From the NCBI RefSeq assembly GCF_006345805.1, contig NC_042997.1:31744001-31808000 (forward strand): a stretch of 64,000 bases of DNA. Reading direction: 5' to 3'. The notes beneath the pieces were generated by a model that ran no database searches, was not told the DNA's origin, and saw nothing but the letters and a program-made list of their open reading frames with translations. Made by a program: the position numbers and the translations under genes. The DNA comes from Octopus sinensis. Taxonomy: Eukaryota. Below, piece after piece: positions 56,363 to 64,000 of the stretch (its first letter is position 1; every line of letters starts with the position of its first letter).

Positions 56363-57050
56363 AGATACCGACATATTTAACTTCAAGTCGGTGCTGTCTG
56401 TATTATAATGGAAGAAGCTAGTTTCTGGTTTCGAGACCCAATCTTTCTCGATTGGTCAGAAATTTAAAATATTAAACCAGATCACACACAAGTATTTACA
56501 TACAAGAATTGTAAAACTGTTAAGAAATGGAAATCAGGCGCTTGAACAATAAATCGACTTCTCTCTGAAAAAATTTCGACTTTGTTGTGGCTCTTTGTAA
56601 GAATTCAGTGGTGGTGGGTGTGAAATAAATTCACGAGAAACCAAACACAAATCACACAAACTCGCCCGCGCTAGCACACACACACACATAGAGTAAAACG
56701 ACAAAAACAATTATATTTAAATAGAAATAAAGAAATATAAATATTTTCTCAAAGTGGTCAATGGAAATAGAAATCTAAATGTACATAAGCAAAAATATAA
56801 ATAGATACATGTACGGATGAACAAGACAATGAAGAAATATATAAATGAATACATAGAAAGAGCTTAGATTGAACGAGATCAATAAATATATACGATAGAG
56901 TGGGGGACGGATCATGTTCATTCGGCTGTGCTCCCTGGAGAAATATTGCGATAACGATAGCCTTATATATACACATACAGATACATGTGTGTGCATGTAT
57001 GCACATATATAAATATATATCTATGTAGATATGTATATATATATATATAA

Positions 57051-57129
<79 letters not shown>

Positions 57130-57736
57130 CCCTCATATATATATATATGTTCACATAAAATACACATACACACACACGCAAATGCCAGTCAAGCTTTGGC
57201 GCCAATGTTAAAGATAGTTAGGCACACTCAACTGTATATGTACAGTGTCGAATACAAATCTCGTTGCGTATTTCCGATGAAATTAGGCGGGCGATAGAAG
57301 CCTGTTTCCTCTCCACGTCCAAAAGAATTGATATGGTATGTCTTTACACAAACACACACAGAACACAATGCGCGCGTGTTCGTGCAATATATATACGTGT
57401 GTCTGTAGACACAAACGCACATACACACACACACACACATATATATATATATGTATGTTCGATACCATGTAAATGGTGATTTCCCGTGCCAATGGTCTTT
57501 GTGATGGTGGCTGTGAAAAGTGCAAGAATTCCTATGGTGGCGACGATGATGATGAGGAATTAGATGGTGTTGGTGGTGGCAGGTCTCAAATTGGTTATGA
57601 TCGAGTAGAGATTGGATCGGGGTAGTTGCGGAGGAGACGTCCTCGAACGAGAAGTATTTTTGTGTTCTAATCCGGCGATATTCTACCGAAATAGCATCCA
57701 AACCTACGGTTTGTCCTATCCTTAAACGTAGGTACA

Positions 57737-57845
<109 letters not shown>

Positions 57846-57846
57846 G

Positions 57847-57889
<43 letters not shown>

Positions 57890-57891
57890 GT

Positions 57892-57985
<94 letters not shown>

Positions 57986-60087
57986 TTATACATATATATA
58001 TATATACTCATCACACGCACCACACGATGCACGTGCACGCACGCGCGAGCACACACACATATACAATACAAATACACACACCGATACACACGCTGACACT
58101 CATCCATCCATCAGTTTGTTGGTCTTATACCGATTTAGGGATCTTATCTTCGAGGTTTAAGCTCTTCGCCTTTTCTGAACATTTTTATTCCGCCTAATTG
58201 TATCGCACAATTTTATTGACTGGAATAAATGATGTAAGGAGAAACGGATCGGGATGGTTTTTGGGTTGTTTTTTTTTTAATTGGGTGAGGTGTCTCTTTA
58301 TTGGATAGTGGTGGTGGTGGTGGTGGTGGTGATGGAGATGGTGGTGATATGGTCAGACTAAACAGTTCTTCATTGCAATTGCTGTTATTTCATGTTTGAT
58401 TTTATTATTAGTGTTGGTGTTGTGCTCGGAGCAGACATAGTCTTAGTAGTTGTGCTTGTACAGGTGGTGGTGATGGTGGTGGTGATGGTGGTGGTGGTGG
58501 TGGAATATGTTGTCTCTATATTATTTTTGTTGTTTGATCTGGTGTTGTTTCTTTTCTTCTCCTCATAAGAACTCCTGGTCATGATATTCTATTCATTTAT
58601 TCCGACGTTATACACCTAGGAATACATTTTTCAATGTGTCCTTCCATATCGTTGCTAAGATCTTGTGGATCTTGGATAAGGAAATGCTTTGTCAAAGGTG
58701 TGTCTGTTTGTAATTCAGCAAATATATTATCAAAGGTTTTCTAGTCGAGAGTCCCTCATTTCTTTGTTCAGGCATAGTGTATCTCGGTCAACGTTATTCA
58801 ATGAACATTTCCTGCTTTAAAAACAGTAGAGTTTATCTGAAAGAAATATTGCTTCGTATTTTCATCAGCTTAAGCGGTCAATTTCTTTGTTTGTTTCATC
58901 CATTCCTTTGGGTACTGTGTTGCTGACACTAAGAAAGGCTTCTGTACAAGCAAGGAACTATCTGGGAGTGTTTGTAGTGAGTTTGAAAACGTTTGGAAAT
59001 TAAGTATTTCAAAGTGAGATTAGTTGGTTTTCTTTAGGGCATCTGTAGAGAGCATGTTTCTCCATGGAATGATTATCTAAGTCCTGGGGTAGAATCTTCC
59101 ATATTGCCAATGATTGTACGAAGACCAGACCTAATTTTACGAAGGCCCAAAACATCTCATGTTATGAGCACAGAAACAACAAAACATCTCATGTTATGAG
59201 CACAGAAACAAGGAGGAGATTTCCACACTTCGGCTTGTCTTCTCCCCTCTAAATTCCTTTGCTTAGGGTACAGTAAATTGCCGAAGTTCCACTTAAGAAA
59301 TGTGTTCATATACATAAATATACTTACGCATACGCACACAGAGAGGCAGGCACACATGCATATACGTATATATGTGTTTATATATATATATATTTATATA
59401 TATATATATATCAAATAAGCCAATACATAAAATTAATTAATTTATATTATTTTAAATATATATCAAAAGTATTAAAAGTTTAATAAAAGATAATGAGTAA
59501 AACACGACGATCGTTTCATGGCTGTCCAATTCGTAATAATTCGAGTTATGGTTACAGTCAATCTTTAGGTGATTGAAATATTTATCTTAGCGAGGTTTAG
59601 CAAAATTTATATATATATATATATATATACATACACACTTGTTTGCTCATCCATATATCATACACTTTCGGCTTAGATAGTTTCATTTCTATTCACATAC
59701 ACACACACACACACACACGCACGCACATACACTGAGGTATAGGTATTTACTTGATATAAATCGCTATTGTTTACAATCATCTTTCTTTCTTTCGGAATTA
59801 TTCCATATTAGTTTTGTGACACGCGTGTCAAAATCTGAAAGTCCCACGCACAAAAGGAAGGGTTCACATGTCTCGAGAGCTTAAATGCTTTAATCAAACT
59901 GTCCAGTATAAATGGCAGGGATGTAAATGGAAAAATAAAATTTTACAATATCCTAAAGAGAAGCAAACTGCAAACCCTCCAAATTCCCATTTTGTTTCGA
60001 TGTTGTAATTTGCTTCTTTCTTCTTAAAATGTAAGAAAATATGAACATTCCTTCGTTCTGTGTTATCTTTTCTTACGTTCCTAACAA

Positions 60088-60190
60088 ATCATCATCATCA
60101 TCCTCATCCTCATCATCGTCATCATCATCGTCGTCATCGTCGTAGTCATCATCATCATCATCATTATCATTATCATCGTCATCGTCATCG

Positions 60191-60222
<32 letters not shown>

Positions 60223-60229
60223 GTCATCG

Positions 60230-60263
<34 letters not shown>

Positions 60264-60334
60264 TGTCGTCGTCGTCGTCATCGTCATCGTCATCGTCATC
60301 GCCATCATAGTCATCATCATCATCATCATCATCA

Positions 60335-60365
<31 letters not shown>
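60088..60365. repeat. (CAT/CGT)n then (TAT)n microsatellite
   Basis: Direct inspection. Confidence 0.95.
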
Positions 60366-60927
<562 letters not shown>

Positions 60928-61272
60928 ATTCTATCTATTATATATATTTGTTTTGATTTGAAACCAATTTCGTATAAACTTTTCTTTTACATTCATGTAG
61001 GTGTATATATGTGTTGCCTGTACGTGTGTTCGTCTGCGTGTGTGTGTGAGAGAGAGCGCGCGTACATGCGTGCGTGTACGTATGTTCGTGTGTGTGTGTT
61101 GTGTATTTATATATCATTATATTTATAAATGTGTACATATATTTATATAAGTGAGTAAAATATATTCTTTCAGTTATATTTTCAGACTTCCGATCAACAC
61201 CAGACAAAGTTGGGTTCCAACCTGAAGTAAGGTATCTCCATCGAAATTTAGACAGTATCAGCTAGGTTACTC

Positions 61273-61304
<32 letters not shown>

Positions 61305-61686
61305 GTGTATGTATGTATGTACGTATGTATGTATGTATGTATGTGTGTATGTATGTATATGTGTGTGTGTATGTATGTGTGTATGTATGTATGTGTGTAT
61401 GTATGTATGTATGTGTGTATGTATGTATATATGTATGTATGTATATATTATGTATGTGTGTATGTATTATGTGTGTATGTATGTGTGTATGTATGTATGT
61501 TTGTGTGTATGTATGTATGTATGTATGTATGTATGTGTGTATGTATGTATGTATTTGTGTATGTGTGTATGTATGTATGTGTCTATGTATGTATGTATGT
61601 ATGTATGTGTGTATGTATGCATGTATGTATGTATGTATGTATGTATGTATGTATGTATGTATGTATGTATATATGTGTGTGTATGT
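61273..61686. repeat. Large imperfect (TATG)n/(TG)n microsatellite
   Basis: Direct inspection; it explains the MYVC/HTYI ORFs. Confidence 0.95.
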
Positions 61687-62095
61687 AGTGCACAGCCTTT
61701 CCTCACTTAAAAAAATATTTTCTTGCACAGGCATTGCACGATAACAACATTGATTAAGCTTCGTGCAATGGCCATACTCGATAACGAGGGGGCAGCCACC
61801 ATGTATGCATGTATGTATGTATTTAAACATGCGCACGCACACATATTCTTCTATGTCTATGTGAATTTATATGCTATACATCTTGAATAAAATACATGAT
61901 GCATGGTTTTGTGATTCAGAGTATACGATTACATATGTATGTATGTATCTATCTCTATCAATATATTGATACTCACACACACACACACACACACACACAT
62001 ACATATATACATATAAGGAAATAATTTTATGCTATATAATAATATAGCATGAACAAGATAAACTATCCATATTCTACAGAAAATTCTGTCGGCAG

Positions 62096-62167
62096 CCAGC
62101 CATGAGACTGGAACTCGCATCCCTAAGATTACGCGTCAAGTGCTTTACCATTAAGCTAAACTGCCCC
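62096..62167 (-). pseudogene. Decayed tRNA-like sequence (SINE head or tRNA pseudogene)
   Basis: Minus strand ggggcagtttagcttaatggtaaagcacttgacgcgtaatcttagggatgcgagttccagtctcatgg has A- and B-box-like motifs but imperfect stems. Confidence 0.45.
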
Positions 62168-62343
62168 AACGATAGATTCTTCTGCAAATTTAGGATCTAT
62201 AAATCTAGCTTTATAAGACGCTCTCGTAGTTGAAAGTCAACAAATAAATTTTGCTTTAGAAGCGTTGAGAGGTACTGAAAGATACAGATAATCTCAACGC
62301 TTCTAAAGCAAACTTTGTTGACTTCCACGTAACTTGAATTAAA

Positions 62344-62381
<38 letters not shown>

Positions 62382-62548
62382 GTGTGTGTGTGTAAGTATG
62401 TATATATATATAATATATATATATCAACAATCAAGGAACGGCCATAATAGGCCATTCACCCACTAGAAATAACAGCCAAAGCTTCAAAACCGCAAATAAA
62501 GATCAATTCCGTAAACAGGAGAAAATTTAAAAAAACATTTACCCTGTA

Positions 62549-62654
62549 ATTTCTTGTACGATGCACCGTTTCGTCTGCTGTTTAATGGTAAACTAACCTG
62601 ATTAATTAAATCAAGCCAATCTTCCATAGGCCCTCAGATTCTTCAGCAAGAAAT
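62549..62654 (-). ncRNA. Type I hammerhead ribozyme motif, array copy 1
   Basis: Minus strand reads AUUUCUUG-CUGAAGA-AUCUG...CAGAC-GAAA-CGG UGCA UCG-U-A-CAAGAAAU. Stem I is a perfect 8 bp, the core is CUGANGA/GAAA and the triplet is GUA. Stem II is UCUG/CAGA with an A.C opposition at 10.1/11.1. Predicted cut is between 62557 and 62556. Confidence 0.8.
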
Positions 62655-63045
62655 AGCCAAGTCGGAACAGATATTTTCACGAGGCATTTCCGACCCTGCC
62701 AAGGCAATATCTGACCTAAAATTTTCAAATCGTCGTCGCACTCGCGCCAAATTTATCGGCAGCAAATAAATATAAGCCGTCGATTCCATTACGGAATTAA
62801 CCAGAAAATTCATAATTAATCAATATAGGGTGGTGAAAAAAATTTTGTAGAATTCTTTTTGCCACCAGCGGCCTAGTGGGAAAAAATTAAATAGTCATAG
62901 ACCATTTTTAAATCAACATCAACAATCAAGGAACGGCCATAATAGGCCATTCACCCACTAGAATAACAGCCAAGCTTCAACACAAACCGCAAATAAAGAT
63001 CAATTCCGTAAACAGGAGAAAATTTAAAAAAACATTTACCCTGTA

Positions 63046-63152
63046 ATTTCTTGTACGATGCACCGTTTCGTCTGCTGTTTAATGGTAAACTAACCTGATT
63101 AAATTAAATCAAGCCAATCTTCCATAGGCCCTCAGATTCTTCAGCAAGAAAT
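63046..63152 (-). ncRNA. Type I hammerhead ribozyme motif, array copy 2
   Basis: Same core, stem I, stem II and stem III as copy 1; one extra base in the domain II insert. Confidence 0.8.
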
Positions 63153-63535
63153 AGCCAAGTCGGAACAGATATTTTCACGAGGCATTTCCGACCCTGCCAA
63201 GGCAATATCTGACCTAAAATTTTCAAATCGTCGCACTCGCGCCAAATTTATCGGCAGCAAATAAATATAAGCCGTCGATTCCATTACGGAATTAACCAGA
63301 AAATTCATATTAATCAATATAGGGTGGTGAAAAAATTTTGTAGAATTCTTTTTGCCACCAGCGGCCTAGTGGGAAAAAATTAAATAGTCATAGACCATTT
63401 TTAAGTTCAACATCAACAATCAAGGAACGGCCATAATAGGCCATTCACCCACTAGAAATAACAGCCAAAGCTTCAACCGCAAATAAAGATCAATTCCGTA
63501 AACAGGAGAAAATTTAAAAAAACATTTACCCTGTA

Positions 63536-63642
63536 ATTTCTTGTACGATGCACCGTTTCGTCTGCTGTTTAATGGTAAACTAACCTGATTAAATTAAATC
63601 AAGCCAATCTTCCATAGGCCCTCAGATTCTTCAGCAAGAAAT
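63536..63642 (-). ncRNA. Type I hammerhead ribozyme motif, array copy 3
   Basis: Same core and stems as copy 2. Confidence 0.8.
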
Positions 63643-64000
63643 AGCCAAGTCGGAACAGATATTTTCACGAGGCATTTCCGACCCTGCCAAGGCAATATCT
63701 GACCTAAAATTTTCAAATCGTCGCACTCGCGCCAAATTTATCGGCAGCAAATAAATATAAGCCGTCGATTCCATTACGGAATTAACCAGAAAATTCATAA
63801 TTAATCAATATAGGGTGGTGAAAAAAATTTTGTAGAATTCTTTTTGCCACCAGCGGCCTAGTGGGAAAAAATTAAATAGTCATAGACCATTTTTAAGTTC
63901 AACATCAACAATCAAGGAACGGCCATAATAGGCCATTCACCCACTAGAAATAACAGCCAAAGCTTCAACCGCAAATAAAGATCAATTCCGTAAACAGGAG

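Larger units (their letters stand above)
62425..64000 (-). repeat. Tandem array of ~490-497 bp non-coding monomers, each full copy carrying a hammerhead ribozyme motif (retrozyme-like); runs off the window end
   Basis: The unit start caacaatcaaggaacggcc recurs at 62425, 62920, 63414 and 63906. Copies are near identical with small indels. No ORF of 60 aa or more is present. The left boundary abuts a (TA)n tract. Confidence 0.95.

Noticed and set aside
58560-59330. Possible decayed LINE with a 32-bp tandem duplication at ~59148-59211
   Set aside because: No diagnostic RT or endonuclease motif could be read.
62425-64000. Array as CRISPR, 5S rDNA, snRNA or histone repeat
   Set aside because: Units are near identical with no unique spacers, and I recognise no 5S, snRNA or histone sequence.

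Overview
AT-rich eukaryotic, repeat-dominated DNA with no host protein-coding exon I can support. The tRNA-derived SINE families look like those I recognise from Octopus, so a coleoid cephalopod origin is an inference, not confirmed. Nearly all ORFs in the supplied track are translations of microsatellites. The window holds at least four SINE families (labelled A-D here), decayed LINEs (three R4/Dong-type RLE fragments in TAA repeats, one RTE, a Penelope-like GIY-YIG remnant), DNA-transposon remnants (mariner-derived, hATm-like, a Helitron 5' end, a MITE), a 332-bp palindrome and a 100-N gap. The main result is two unrelated type I hammerhead ribozyme motifs, found by manual folding on the minus strand. 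One sits in every full copy of a ~490-497 bp tandem array at 62425-64000, which resembles a non-LTR retrozyme. The other (25881-25971) lies in a Penelope-like element with 93-bp perfect inverted repeats. Both have a GUA cleavage site, a short self-complementary stem III and an unusually large (60-67 nt) domain II. Self-cleavage is predicted, not demonstrated.
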